Below are positions 1 to 13,470 of a stretch of DNA of 64,000 bases, piece by piece. Both the position numbers and the translations under genes were made by a program. The DNA comes from Callorhinchus milii (taxonomy: Eukaryota): positions 42,162,001 through 42,226,000 of the forward strand of contig NW_024704742.1 in the NCBI RefSeq assembly GCF_018977255.1, read 5' to 3'. Each line of letters opens with the position of its first letter. The stretch's first letter is position 1. Under the pieces are notes generated by a model that did not search any database, was not told the origin of the DNA, and was given only the letters and a program-made list of their open reading frames with translations.

Positions 1-114
1 GCATTGTTTGTCTTTGTGAATGCCTGGAAATAATTTCATAAAAGCTTCAATGTGATAAGTTTAACTTTGAATCTGTTATGAAATATCACAAAGGTCACAC
101 CTGATGTACACCCC

Positions 115-450
115 TGAGGGTGCAGTGGATGGAGCTGCAGCTTACATACCAGGAGCTCGCTGGTTCGAATCTTGGTCTTTGTTCAGTTTACTGGTCTCAG
201 TCAGGGTTGCCTGAGGAATCTAAATTGGTCCTTGCCTTCCCAGGGGTGGGGAAGGAAAAATCAGCCACGATTCCTGCTTCTGGTCCCTCTACAGCATCCT
301 CTAGAGGTTGGGTTCATGTGTGGCTGGAGTGGATGGTCAACAATCACTGCCAAGGCTCACACATAAACATTGACCACCTGGGCAGGGTATGGGGAACACA
401 TCCCTTCAATAGTAGCCTGTGGACTAGGAGCAGAAAGGCATATATCATTG
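115..450 (+). mobile_element. AmnSINE2-like SINE
   Basis: ggttcgaatcttggtctttgttcagtttactggtctcagtc...ggaaaaatcagccacgattcctgct...aggctcacacata. Confidence 0.6.
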
Positions 451-1521
451 GGGAGAAAATTAGAAAAATATTTGGACACGCTAAATTAAAAAAGTCACCC
501 CCATGATTCAGTCATTCTCTATGATTATTGTACAGGAGGCATGGAGCAACGTAACTCAAGAACACCCAATGATCGATTAAAGGGCTGATCTGTAGCATTC
601 CTCTGATTTTTCAAGCTAAAGTGGGGGTGGGGGGTAGGTGCATAATGAAATAATGATCATTATATTGAGTTCAGCAGCTTCAGCTTGTTCAATTATTTCT
701 TGTTGTTGGGAATCTATTGACTTGCAGGTAAATAGGCAGACTTGTATGATGTGTCAATACTGGAGCCTTTATTAAGTCCCCAGGGTGCCGATGACCCATG
801 TAGTGCTGGACTTGCTGATTAAATCCTATCCCAATCAGGAAATGAGGCGATCGCTGTCAATGTCTGGTTTGAGCTGTGTAATTACCAGCTCTGTAGGACA
901 TTCTGTTTAACCCTTTACCCTTTGACCTGTTCACTAATAATGTTCCTTGTAATCCTGAAATTTTGAGTTGGATTTTAAATCATAATCACTCCCTGTTTTT
1001 CTCAACCTGGATAATTTTGCCAACCCACTAATTTTCTACAATCCATTCCCAGTAATACAGATATATTTTGGGGGTAAGGGGACCAAGGGTCAAAAGATTT
1101 GGTTTACTTAAGGGAGAGGGAGACTTTATACCAATAGCTCACTCAACAAATGGTTCCTGAACTGATCAGCCACTATATGTAATCGTAACAGATATGCAAA
1201 TGATATTAGAAAAGATTAACTCTCTTCCATTCAAATTGCCTGCTGGTTGTTACCTGGCTCTTTGTCAATGGTAACCTCTTTCAAAGTATTACATGGAATT
1301 TTGCCACTTCTATACCAGTTCTGTGATGGATTCAGTTTTCTGCCACTGTGAAGTACAGCTGTGTGCTGGGAATCAATGAGAGCTTTGAGCAGTTTTTTTC
1401 TTTAAATTGTGCAAATGGTTAACCTTGCTATAAATCTTGTGGTCTCGGGCTTGATTTAATTCTTTGAACACTCAAGGTATGGTTAACATTTGCATCTGGG
1501 AGGTTGAAAAAATGTTTGTCA

Positions 1522-1763
1522 GAAAACGGTAGTGTAGGGGATGCCTCGCGCTGGAAAAAGTGCCTCAGGATGTAAAGTGCATCTCCTCCAGGGAACCCTA
1601 TGTATGTAATGCCGACTCCACAGAATTTGACTCCAGCAAGATCTTGAGTTGGAGCCGAGTTCTTGCAAGTTGGCGTAACCTGCACGGGGTTCCCTGCAGG
1701 AGATGCACTTTATATCCCAAAGGGCTTATTCTCGTGCAAGGCACCATTTAGATTGCTGTTTTC
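1522..1763. repeat. Long imperfect palindrome (MITE-like)
   Basis: Two arms of about 116 nt align without gaps as reverse complements around AAGATCTT (1638-1645). Confidence 0.9.
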
Positions 1764-2000
1764 CCAATGAGAGATTCCTAAATCCTAATGCCTTTTGAAT
1801 GGTACCAGATTGCCTGGATATTATAATGATAGCTGGGGGTCTGGAGAATTGATCCCTGTTTAGCTGATGTTCAGCTTGGGCAATAGAGGGATTTTATGTT
1901 TGCTCTCAGCGCTCCTGGGATAAGGAGTAACAACACATTCAATGTTCCTGGAAGGCTGGCTGTCGGTGTATGTGGAATTGAACCCCAACAACCCTAACAT

Positions 2001-2313
2001 GGAGTCCTGCAGCTCAGTGGTTAGAGCACTCGACTTGCAACTGAGAGACCTGGGTTTGATTCCCAGCAAGGCGAAAACTTGGGCAAGTTTTCTTACTCCA
2101 CATACCTGATAATAATCCCTGAAGAGAGAAAAAAAATAATAAATTGTTCACTTCAATCCATGACTGTTTGTGGGACACTGCTGTGTGCAATTGGCTGCCG
2201 CGTTTCGCCCAGAAATATACAGTCAATTCACTTTACAGTATATTCTGTGAAGCGCTTTGAGACATCTAGAAGATATGAAAAGCGCTATATCAAATGGAAG
2301 GATTATTATTATT
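2001..2313 (+). mobile_element. tRNA-Ala-derived SINE, full length
   Basis: A-box/B-box head (AGCTCAGTGGTTAGAGC ... GGTTTGATTCCC), body shared with other copies in the window, (ATT)n tail. Confidence 0.92.
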
Positions 2314-4600
2314 GTTATTTTTATTTAACAAGACTGGAAATTTTAGTAAAAGAGGAAAGGGAGTGGGGGATAACAAAATAAACTTAAAAAATAAGATGAC
2401 AAGAAGAAAATCAGTAGACGATGTTTTGAGGAGAAGGTAAATAAGTAATATACTGTCCAGCAACCTGTTTCCACATTTTGTGGATGAATAACTACATTGT
2501 GCTTTAAATGCTTTAACGTTCATTGTTTGCTAATGTCAGCGAACTTTTCTCATACTGGGATTCCCAGCAATGGAAAGTTTACTCAGGTCAGCTAACAGCA
2601 CGTATTAGACCCCACTCAGGCGCTAAGTGCCTAATTGGAGAGGTGAGGAAGAAGTATGAGGTAATTAGTAGGTGGGAAAAGGTTTAGTTATAATTAGAAG
2701 GTATCAGAACAATATTTTAACAATGCTTTGGATCACTATTGCAGAGCTGTGATGGTATTCATGCTATCAATTAATCCCATTGTACTCTTGGCCTGGCACT
2801 TTACTGCAATGGGTGCAGCTGTATTGAGAGCAGCATAAATAAAACAGGAATGCTACCGTCTTGAGTGGAACACACACAAAAGCAATGGTATAGTTGGGTT
2901 TCCTGTGGGAACTGTGGTATGTCTGGAGTGGAGAGGATTTTCACCATTCAGCCGATAAGTTTTTGCTACTGTAGGAATGACACGCTGCCCTGTGTGCAAG
3001 AGGCCTGTAGATTATTTTTAATTCATCTTGGATTTTCAGTTTTACTTCAAGGCTGCTCTCTGTCTTCAGGCTTCAACATGTGGTTTAGAAGCCACATAAT
3101 CATTAATTGTTATGGAGTCAGCTGCAAAGCAAACGGATAGTTTTTAAGTGCTGGTTGCTTGAGGTCAAACATCTATTCAGTGTCTGATATTTGGAAGAAA
3201 GCTTGAGGAAAAGAGCAATAGTACAATGAAAGCAGTCATTTAGTGTACGAGAAGATTTCTCAATTGGAATTTCCTTATGTTCCCATCAATTCACAGGGTT
3301 GTAATGAGTTTGGAAGGCAATGTGGCTTTGGTAACCATGATGCCAGGATTTCTTTAGACTCCTTGTCAAACCCCTGAATGTCTGTGGGAATGCTTTAAAG
3401 GGAACAGCAATGTCCTGCTGAAGGCGGGGAGTCACTTGCTTGACATTGTGGGTGAAAAAAAAGTTGGAGGCATGTGTTAGCAATTTTTTAACCTCTGTAT
3501 GTGAGTTGCTTGTCAATGGAAGTCCAAGGAGCCAAATCTAGTTAATAACAGCTGCAGGCAACAGTTCTTTTGAAAGCTAATGCAGAGCTCCAAGATTACG
3601 AGAGCCTTTGAACAAGTGAAGTTGGCCACAGGGGGAAAGCAGCAGGTCTGGCGTTTGCTTGTTAAGTAACGTTAGCCTGGGCTAAAGAGCAGAAAAATAT
3701 TCCAAGGGAGAATTTTTTTGGGTTTCCATAGTGTTTTTGTAACGTGAGGTAAGAGGGATGGGAGTGTATTGAAGCAGGGCTTGCAGCCTTGGGTTTAACA
3801 CAAGAGGTTGTGGATTAAGCAATGCAGTAATGAGGATTCGGAGAATGCACAGCTGTTTGGCACCTCACTGTCCAACTGTTAGGATTTCAAATAGAGCATT
3901 AAGTAGCCAAAACAAAACTAGCACCACATGCAATTAAAGCACCAAATGGAAGCTGTCTTGCTAATGGAGATAATAAACACAGAGTATATGATACTACCCT
4001 AATGTAATGAGGCACTGTGTGTAATGTGAGATGATACTATGCTCTCTGCCAGTTTTACTCCAGTCCTGCAATTTCTAGCTCATCTGTTCTCTAGTTTCTG
4101 CAGAACTTTCTAATCTTCCATTAACAAAATCTCCAACGTGTGCTTGCTTACTTTTTCCCCTATTTTGTTATACAGTAACGGGCAATATGTGTACTGTTAA
4201 AGTAAATTCTGGTTGTGATCCTGGATGGCTTAAAATTGACCTTGGCTGAACAGAAACAAATTCACGAAGGAACAGAGTTAATGAAGAACAGTTTCACGTG
4301 TTTATTTATTTAACCTTCATTGTCTTTATTCATTGACATAATCTCCTTAGTATTGATTCAGGAGCATTGCAAACCTATCGCTATCGAGTAACCCGGCGTC
4401 ATTTATATTTATTTCACTTGTGCTTTTTGGTGAATGTAAGGAAAAGAAAAAACTATCCGTGTTTGAAAACATTCTGGCTGAACTCAAACTCATAAAATAA
4501 ACTTGTGCCACATTGCACATGTGGAACCCTCGCGTCAGTGGGAGAACAGGAGTGTTTGAAGGGCAAACTCCGCAGTCGTCGACTTCTTTCAAGGCATTTG

Positions 4601-4617
4601 AGCGCCTCTTGGTGGCA
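4601..4617 (-). promoter_or_regulatory. Candidate CTCF site
   Basis: The minus strand reads TGCCACCAAGAGGCGCT, two mismatches from CCASYAGRKGGCRS, within a locally CpG-rich non-repeat segment. Confidence 0.35.
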
Positions 4618-5716
4618 GAAGAGGAAACAGAGTCCTGACATGCACAGCTCAATCCGCATGCCCCCTGCCAAGTATTTAACCTTTTGGTATCTTGCGGTTG
4701 TTCCATCAGGTGATGGGAGCACTGCGTTTTCAGGCAACACTGGTACCAAGCCAGTGCTACCGCTGCTTCAAGATGTCACAGCACTCCGAGGTGTCTGTGT
4801 TAATTGCAATCTGGAAACGGGTGACACAGGAAAGCGGTAGTCTATCATTACTCCTACTTATGCCTCTAATCTAGTCTCATCATTGCAGCTGTCAGGATGA
4901 ATTGGGAATCAGATTGGATATGGAAGAGGACTCTGACAGTGGGAGTAAATGCTGCGGCTGTTTGTGTCACACAACCTCTGTCTCGTAGATGAAATCTTCA
5001 CGTTTGCATCCAGTTAGCAGGTGATTTCAGGGTTTTTTAACTGTTAACAGAGGAGAAATTTGAAAGGAATTCTTGCACTCTGGAATGTCTCTGAAAGCAT
5101 CTCGGTGGGGGGAGGGTTTAATTGTCAGATGGACATGTTTTAAATCCCATTCCTGCACTAATAGTAAGACATTAATTTCCCATACTTTTAACACTGCTAA
5201 CTTCTCCTAAAGACATTGGCAGTGGGAGAGCACTTCATTAACAATAATAATTATTATTAATATTTTATTTTTATATTAATCTTTGCATTTGATATAGCAG
5301 CTTTCACATCAGGAGCATATCTCAAAGCACTTCACTAGACTTACTGTAAAGTGCGGTGACTGCATATTTTTAGGTAAATTTAGGTCCAGTTTGGCATTTA
5401 AAAAAATATTATTATGATTTGTACTCTATAATGTTAATAGTTTTTGATTTACCATAAATATCCTATTTGAGTTTAGCATTTCAATCTTATTTCCTTTAGG
5501 CCTAAATAATTTCAATATATATATCAATAAATAAGAAATTCTCCAACGAGTTTAGATCCAAAGTAACATTGACTTCAAATTGACAATTCAGTATAGTGTT
5601 TGTATTTTTTCTCCCAGGGCGTACTTTAATTGGAAATGAATATTTTGAAACACAGAGGTTCTCTAGATTGACAAAAGAATTGTTTCAATCAAATACATAT
5701 AAATTATTTATGTGCG

Positions 5717-6050
5717 AGTCAGCCTGGCTCAATTGGTAGCACTCTCACCTCTGAGACAGTAGGTTTAGAGTTCAAACCCCATGTTAGATCTTTGAGCTCG
5801 CTGTCTAGGATGACATTCTAGTGCAGTGCTGGAAGGGGTGTTGCATTGACAGAGGTGCCATCCTCTGTGAGACATTAAACTAAGGTACTATCTGCCTGTT
5901 CATTTGCTAATAACGATGATATGACACCATTCAAAAAGACAAGGGAGTTTCTTCCGGTGTCCTGGCCATTATTCCCCCAAATAAAAATTGGTGCTTCACT
6001 TCACTCGTTGTTTGTGGGATATTGCGGTACGTAAATTAGTTTCTCCGTCC
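5717..6050 (+). mobile_element. Deu-domain SINE (SacSINE1/AmnSINE1-like)
   Basis: tRNA-like head, then ggtgccatcct...gagacattaaactaaggt...ccggtgtcctggcca, matching the Deu domain as I recall it. Confidence 0.75.
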
Positions 6051-8439
6051 CATAGGGTGTATGCTGGAGTCAATAATTTCTCCCTTTCAACCTCCTTCTG
6101 CCAGTCCTACTCCTAGGCCTCAGCCAATATAACAGAATATTTCTTAATCTTCTTTTAATTGAAGCATTGTGTCCACTCTCTGTCTGTATTAAACATGTGA
6201 GGAGTATTGATGAGAACTGAGTCTCCATGGAAACCACTGACAGACACACACATCTGTTAGAGCAGCTTCTAGCCTTCTCACCTTGAGGTGAAATGATGAC
6301 TTGTGGGAAACAAAACTGATGCAAGCAGCATCTACTGAATAGTCAATGGGACATCAGTGTCAAACCTTTCATGGCTGGTTCCGGTATTGGAGGGGAGGAA
6401 TGGATTCTCCTAGGAAGCATTAGCCATCCAAGACCAAAGCAAATATTTGTTTTAAGCTCAAGTATAGCCATCCCCTAAGCAGCCGGGATAGTAATAGGGA
6501 GAATGGAGAGGCAGGGCTCGTCTTTTATGGAAGTCAGATGGATTTCATGCTCTTCAGCGCCCACTCTGACTGTGGGCTTTTCATCGAGCTACGTGAAAGA
6601 AAAAGAAAAAGTGATTAAAGTGCGCTGCGTTCTGGGCAGCAAGAGCCAACAGCCACGGCATCTTCAGCAAGGCAAGAGGGCCCTTTAGTCAAAATTGTAA
6701 GGACTATGTGAAGAAAAGAAATTTGGACTCAAAAGGGTCCAGAGAGACTGGTGTTAACATTTATTCATTTCCTGCGCTTTGTGTTGCCTTTAACACATTG
6801 TAATATTGTCACCCTCTTCATTAAAATGTTCGAAAGGGAAAAAAGATCAGTTTGGCTGTGAATCGGGGTCGAAGGTCAGGAGGGCCTGCCGAAAGCAAAA
6901 GAGTTCAGAACTATTTGTGATTATGCTTGTAACACTCGAGTAGATGTAAATGACTGCAGGAAACTGTGACAGAAAGCTCTGCGCTGCCTTTCTCCCTTAT
7001 ATTCCTGAGCCCTTTTTTTCCTTCCTTGTTTTTCAAAACAAGTAACTGTGGGTGTCCACTCAAGTCCCTGTCAAATGAATCAGCTGAAGTGTACTCCTGG
7101 ATCATGTCAGTCTGAAATATTCTGATGCACAATTGGCATTCACACATTCTTATAACTAATAGGATTAGGGGCGTTACAAAGGGATTTGAACAAGATAATT
7201 AGTTTACTGCTTGGTTCGCAATAAAACAGGCGAAATCCTTCTGAGAAAAGACGAACAAAAGGGGTCAGAAAATGTGTGGGAAATTAGGTAAAGGCTTTCA
7301 GGCCGGCCTTGATCAATGCTGAACTTGAAAAAACCTCTCACAGTATTAATTCTGTACTACAGCGTTTCTTGCTCTTTTCTCTCTCTCTTTCTCTCTCCTC
7401 TCTTTTTCCCTGTTTGTGTCTGCCTCTCTCTCCTCTTATTCTTTCACACTGGAGGGGCGAAGGAAAGGTTTGCACAGAGGAGAGCACTCACCTCTTGGAC
7501 AGTGAAGACCTCCTTGGATGCACAAGAACTTTTCAGTCATGCTGTTGAAAGCTGGCCTTGTTTCTACTGAAACGTCGGTGCCATTGGAAACCGAGGCATT
7601 GCTGGAAATGTTCTTTATTAAAATGCGATTCAGCTCAAAATGTGGAAGTAATACCCAACACAAATTGAACCATGTTAGAACCCACTGTTTCTCTTTGTCC
7701 ATTGAATAGCACTTTTGAATGAACTGGAAAAGAGGCAATTTCTAAAGACTGTAATATATTATGAGATTGTGTGTGGTATGCCTTGTTGGTGTGGATAACC
7801 AGCTGGGGGTGCTTCATAGCTCCTGCCCACATTTTTGTCTCTGAATCTTGCATTAGCCACCAGGTTGATCAAAGCTACCAGAAATTGTCAGGGAACAGAC
7901 CTGGGCGAGGCAGCAGGGTGACCACACTTCATATCAGGCAGAAGAAACAGCAGGAACTTCTCTAATGAAGCTGCCCAGCTTCTCAGCAGAAAGATTTCTT
8001 CACTTACTGTATCCCTGCTGGCCTTTTCCATATGGGTCGGGGGAAAGAGTCGGAGAGGTAGAGTTAGCAACAGAGTTCAATTCTGCGGGCTGAAGAAGGC
8101 AGAAAAGTTTTAAAAGACACGTTTTGGAATAAAAGTTGAGAAATGTAGTACATTAACAGGCAATTGAGCACTCTGAAAAGCTGCTCAGTGCTTTCTTGGT
8201 TGGGGGTATTTCTGGCTTAGCTACATGGTTTGGAATAGTTTTTTTTGTCCTAGGCTGAATTCAGCTATACCAGGCTCACGTGCTGTGCAAGCAGATGGCA
8301 AACTCTAATTAGAGGATAGAAAGACCACGACAGCAGTCGTTCAGTCACAGGTACCGTCCCAGTGTATCTTAATGATTGAGTGAGGTTGACAATACAGTAG
8401 AGTTCCACTCTGAGTTTCCACCACACAAACACTAATCCT

Positions 8440-8800
8440 GTTTGACCACATTCTTCCACCACTCTCCTCCCTAACACAAGCTGATGCTCCAGTGTAGTGC
8501 TGTGCAGCACTGTTGGACGTGCCATCCTTCAGATGAGACGTTAAATTGAGATCCTGTCAGCCTGTTCATATTGACGTTTAAGGTCCGATGTTACTGTTTG
8601 AAAAGAGAAGGGTGTTTCTGCCAGTGTCCTGGCCAGCAATCCTCCAGAAACAAAATTGGTTGATTACTTAATGGCTATTTGTGGGCGATCGCTGTGTGCA
8701 AATTGGCTCTACATTTGCCTACAAAATGCACAAGTCACTGTGCTTTACAATAAATAATCATATGAGGCATTTTGGTACATCCTTCTGACATGAAACTGCT
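8440..8800 (+). mobile_element. Deu-domain SINE, old copy
   Basis: gtgccatccttcagatgagacgttaaattgagatcctgtc...gtgtcctggccagcaat...gctgtgtgcaaattggct. Confidence 0.75.
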
Positions 8801-9212
8801 TAATTAATTAAATGGATTAACTTTATTATATTCCACATCCAGCCATGAAGTGAGTGACCAATTTTAAATTTCCTTCTCTTTTGCAAAAGTGTCATGAGGT
8901 CTTTAATGTCCACCTAAACAGTTAAACCTCATTGAAGGAAGGTGCCTCTTGCAAGTCAGCACTGCAATAGACTATGAGCTCAGAAAGTCTCAACAATGCA
9001 AATTTACATTTATATAACACCTTTTAAGTCGGGAGATCATCTCAAAGTGCTTCATAGGATTACTGTAAAGTCCAGTGATTGTGTATTTTGCAGGTAAAAC
9101 AACCTTATTTAGGGAGGGGGGGAAATCAATTAAAAATAAATTGCATTATGAAATAGTGCTCTGAGATGTTATTCTACTTGAAGGTGTTATATATGATAAA
9201 TGTCAGGTTCAT

Positions 9213-9672
9213 GATACACTAGAGAATCAAGCAGAATACAGAAAGCTCAGAGGAGAATTGAAAAAGGAAATAAGGGGCAAAGAGTGCATATGAGAAAAGA
9301 TTAGCAGGTAACATAAAAGGGTACACTGAAGTCTTCTATAAACATATAAAGAGTAAAATGATGGTCAAAGGAAGGTTGGGGCTGATTAGAGACCAAAAAG
9401 GAAAACTTCTTGTGGAGGCATGGCTGAGGTATTAAGGTATGAATTTTTTTACGCAAGGAGTTGTTACTGTCTGAAATACACTGCCTGAAAGGTAGTGGAA
9501 GCAGATTCAATAACAACTTTTAAAAGGGAATTGGATAGGTGTTTGAAAAGGAAAAATATGCAAGTATATGGGGAAAGAGGGGGAAGTGGGACTGATTGGG
9601 TAGCTCGTCCAAAATGCTGGCACAGATATAGTGGGCCGAATGTTCTGTACTATAATATTCTACGATTCTGTG
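9213..9672 (+). mobile_element. Internally deleted CR1 LINE remnant
   Basis: An ORF2 linker-like segment (about 9213-9435) abuts the ORF2 end (EADSITTFKRELDRCL) and a 3' UTR ending attctacgattctgtga. Confidence 0.75.
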
Positions 9673-10580
9673 AAGTTGCTGTTGTTGTACTTGTTCAGAT
9701 TTCCAAAGAAGTGGCATTGAGTGCATTCGTTGGAAAGAGGGATTGGTGGCTAACATTTGGCATTGCTGATGTCGGTCATAATTAATCAGGGATTAGCACG
9801 TAACTGCTGGATTTAGTTAATATCAGATTTGCTGTGATTGAAATTTGCTCTGCTGGGGTAAGGCATGAAGCTATGACACCACACATTTGCTGTGCATTGG
9901 AAGAAGGTACAATAAAGGGTGATTAAATTAATACTGTAATTGGAATTGGGCATCAGTTACAAGTAGCGGCTGCAGAAGCTAGGAATAATCACACTGGAAG
10001 GCTTGGGGAGATTTTACCGAAGCATTTGAGGATACAGAGATAGAAGGATATAGATAAACTGAACTCTGATATGTTTAAAGTGGTCACAATTTCTACCCAA
10101 AGTTGAATGCAAATTTCAAGCTTGGAAAAAGGAAGGGAAGAGATAGTTTAGATTTAAGTACTTTAACAACATGGGAGGTGGTGGAAGAAGATTGTGTCAG
10201 CAAATTCAAGAGAAAATTAGATAGTTATTTGGTGAAGCCAGCAATTGAGGTATACAAGAGATTGGAGGAATGTGGAAGTTATTTAGAGCACTGAAGTGTA
10301 AGGTTTGCTGTCCATGTTCTGCAGTGTTGCTTTTGGTATTATCTGGCATTGTATGGCTAGATTTGCCTTAGCTGCCAGCTCTTGCTTCTGGATTAAATAT
10401 TGTAACATATGATGTGTGAATTAGCGCCGGTGATAAATATCTCAGAACATTCTGCCACTAGTATGAGCCCCACTCCTCCTGGATTCTCTCACATTGGTTG
10501 GGCCCGAAGCTGGAAAATGGCTGGAAAGTGGTTGACTGCTGGTCGGTGGGATTCTGGCTTAACTCTGAAATCTGCAACAA

Positions 10581-10884
10581 TATTTTTTTGGAAAATATAT
10601 ATTTATTTATAAATATAATATTTGGTACAACAGAAATCCCAAACAAACACAACATACAACGTCTCTTACAATTTTTTCCTTTTTTCCCCGAGACAAAAAA
10701 CATTCCGTTGTTTACGGTACGTTCCTTCACCGCACATAGGTTGTGCACACGTTTTTGGGGACGCTCCCATTAAAACGGTTGGGAATCGCCCCTGTGTACA
10801 CCCTATCCGTGTGCGCACCTGCGCACACCCTCATAAGGCGCACTTGCCACTTTCGGAAGGCGCCCGATGGGCACAGTACGCGCA
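10581..10884 (-). mobile_element. Polyadenylated retroposed insert, probably the 3' end of an L1/Tx1-clade LINE
   Basis: The minus strand ends in AATAAA (10602-10607) and A7 (10583-10589). It is flanked by a 16-bp direct repeat (14/16 identical) and has a CpG-rich body. Confidence 0.6.
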
Positions 10885-13039
10885 CTGAAATCAACAACAA
10901 AATAACATTGTGACAGAGTTTGTGGAGATGGTCACACCAGCAGCTTGGTCTCCTCTACCCTACCTCTAGGGCCTGAGTGTCCTCTTAATGCTGCGGTGAC
11001 TAGACGTGTCTGGCATTCTCCAAGTGGGGCCTTGCTAAGGTACTGTACAGCTTGAGCATGACTTCTGGAGATTTTAAATCAATTTATTTGGCAATGCAGA
11101 CAATTCAGGGGATTAGACAGTGTGGTGGATTAGCACTGTCCTTTCACTCATTATACAGTATATAGGAGTCCTACAGTGATCAGATACTTTCATCCTATCA
11201 ATCATGCCTGTAATTAAAGAATAGCCTTCATGACTAATCCTCCCTCTTCAGTAATCAGGGCAGTATTATTAAGTCAGAAAAAGACATTTTTAAAAAAAAA
11301 CAAGTCCCAGGTACCAGTTAATGTAATATTTATCTTATTTCCTCTCCCGACATCCAACTGCTTATTTTCAATTACATTAATGCAAATGTACCAGCAAGTA
11401 GTGACTGCACATGGCGAAGGGCTTGAGCGAATCTCCTTGCTGCTTGTTTCTGGTACCCTGAGATAATTTTGTTTTTGGTGCGAAGATTATCTGTACTTCC
11501 TTTCACTTCGGACTTGGCTCCCGTTTTGTTAACCGTCATTGCTGTGACATTCATCGTGATGTACAAATTGACTGCCGCCTTCGCCTGCAAAATACAGTCA
11601 CTACACTGCAATAAATCTTGTGAAATGCTTCAAGACGTTTCCTGGTGTAAAATACACTATATCAAATGCAAGTATTAATATTTGTCTATTTGTAATATTA
11701 ATAATTAAGTGAAGGGTAAAAGTAGTCTCTACTGGACTTGGAACTGATGTATTGTTTATTGGAAGAAATTCAATGCTAGCCTCTGCATCCTGCCTCCGAG
11801 CCCAGGCAAGTGGCCTCTCAACACTGTTAACAGCATGGGCACCACTGACAGCTCAGGACTGCCAACTGAATACATATAGACCGATATATAAACATCAAGT
11901 GACATTCCCAGCCCTATAAAGAGAAAAAAAAGCAATGCAATTTCTGCTGCGTTCTCACCTCCTCCTCATATCTGTCTGTAAAAATTGCTCGGTACAGATT
12001 TATACTCTAATAAATTGCATTAGGCATAACAGATTGTACATTAGTGAGAGTGACATGCAGATATGATTTTTAGAATGCACTTCACAAATGGATTGCTGAC
12101 TGAAAGAGCAACCCTCAGAAAGCCAGTCAGCAAACTTCATCATGTTGCTGGGTGATAGAATTTAATGCACCAAAGCGACAGTAAAATCAAACATTAATTC
12201 AAGATTCACTCCAAAGAACATACTGCGGTGTATAATTGTAACAACAAAAGAGCTCTAAGATTTTGACTGCAGCAAATCTTTTAATATTCATCTCTCAGCA
12301 CTTCCACAACACTGTCTGCTGTCAGTGAATGAGCCAGCATCAAACGTCTGGGGACAGTGCAGAGGAGGTAAATGCAGAGAAGCAGATCCAGATGAGAAAT
12401 GACATATTCTGCCTGTTCCTAAATTCCTGACAGTCCTATGATCTCTGCACAATCATCTGGATTTGCTTTGTTTTATTGGCCACAGTGCACTCCTACATCC
12501 AAATCCCCACAGATCCTAGGGTTACACTTGGCCGATAGATATTTGTTCTTAATTTCATAAACATTGCGCCTGCCTTTAAATGATCATGGGGATCAGTATG
12601 TTGACTGCAGTCACTCCTGCAGCTCTGTGGCTAGGAGAATCTGTGGCTTTTGCTGGTCATGGCGGGCAGGCACCTCATCAAATGGGAATGACATACAAGT
12701 AGCTTTTGTCATTTGTTGACTGATACAAGCTGATACAAAGTGAGAGCGCTGAGCTGGGGGTAGGTCAGTTTTAATCTGCCTGAGTTCCTTCGTCCTGAAG
12801 GAGGAAGGATCTCGAGTCTTGAGTAATACAAGTGTAGTTTGGGGAAGTGAGAGTGTTATTCAGAGGACACTGTGATTTAAGGGAGGCAGCACATACAGGT
12901 TTAGTACAGTGCATGGTAAGCTACTTGCCTATAAATCACTCCTATGACTTTTTTATTTTTAACTGAGCTTTTATAAATAAACTACAGGGCTATTCAGACC
13001 AGACATTATTTGTGGAACAAATTTCTGTCTTTCCAGTCT

Positions 13040-13470
13040 TTGCCAAATAAGCTGGAGAGACCAATTCCTCAGAGACCTGTGATAAGGGGAGAGCCATTCT
13101 GACAGAACCCTCCTGCCTTGCATCATCCAGGGCATCTGCTGGACCATGGCCTTGCTCCCCCCTACCTCTGTGACCTCCTAACCTCCTACCAACCTGCCGG
13201 CTCCCTCTGCTCAGTAGGCTCCAGCCTGCTTCACGCCCCCGCCTCGCCCAGCCCACCATCAGTGGGCGGGGCTTCAGCCAACCCCTGAAATTCCATCCCG
13301 CAGTCCCTCCTCCTCGCCCCCTTCAAGGCCCGTCTGAAGACCCTCCTCTTCCTTTCCACCTTGCCCCCCACCCTCCCCAATCCAGAACCCAGCTCGGGTC
13401 CGAAACACTGAGTGTCCATCGCTTTGGGACGTCCTCCTGACATGAAAGGCGCTATACAAATTAATTTTGG
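13040..13470 (+). mobile_element. L2-like LINE remnant with 3' tail
   Basis: C-rich body, ttcagcca...cttcaaggcccgtctgaagaccctcctctt, tail gctttgggacgtcctcctgacatgaaaggcgctataca. Confidence 0.7.

Noticed and set aside
10795..10840. Hammerhead ribozyme on the minus strand (CTTATGA-stem-GATA)
   Set aside because: Both catalytic core motifs deviate from CUGANGA and GAAA, and I could not identify stems I and III.
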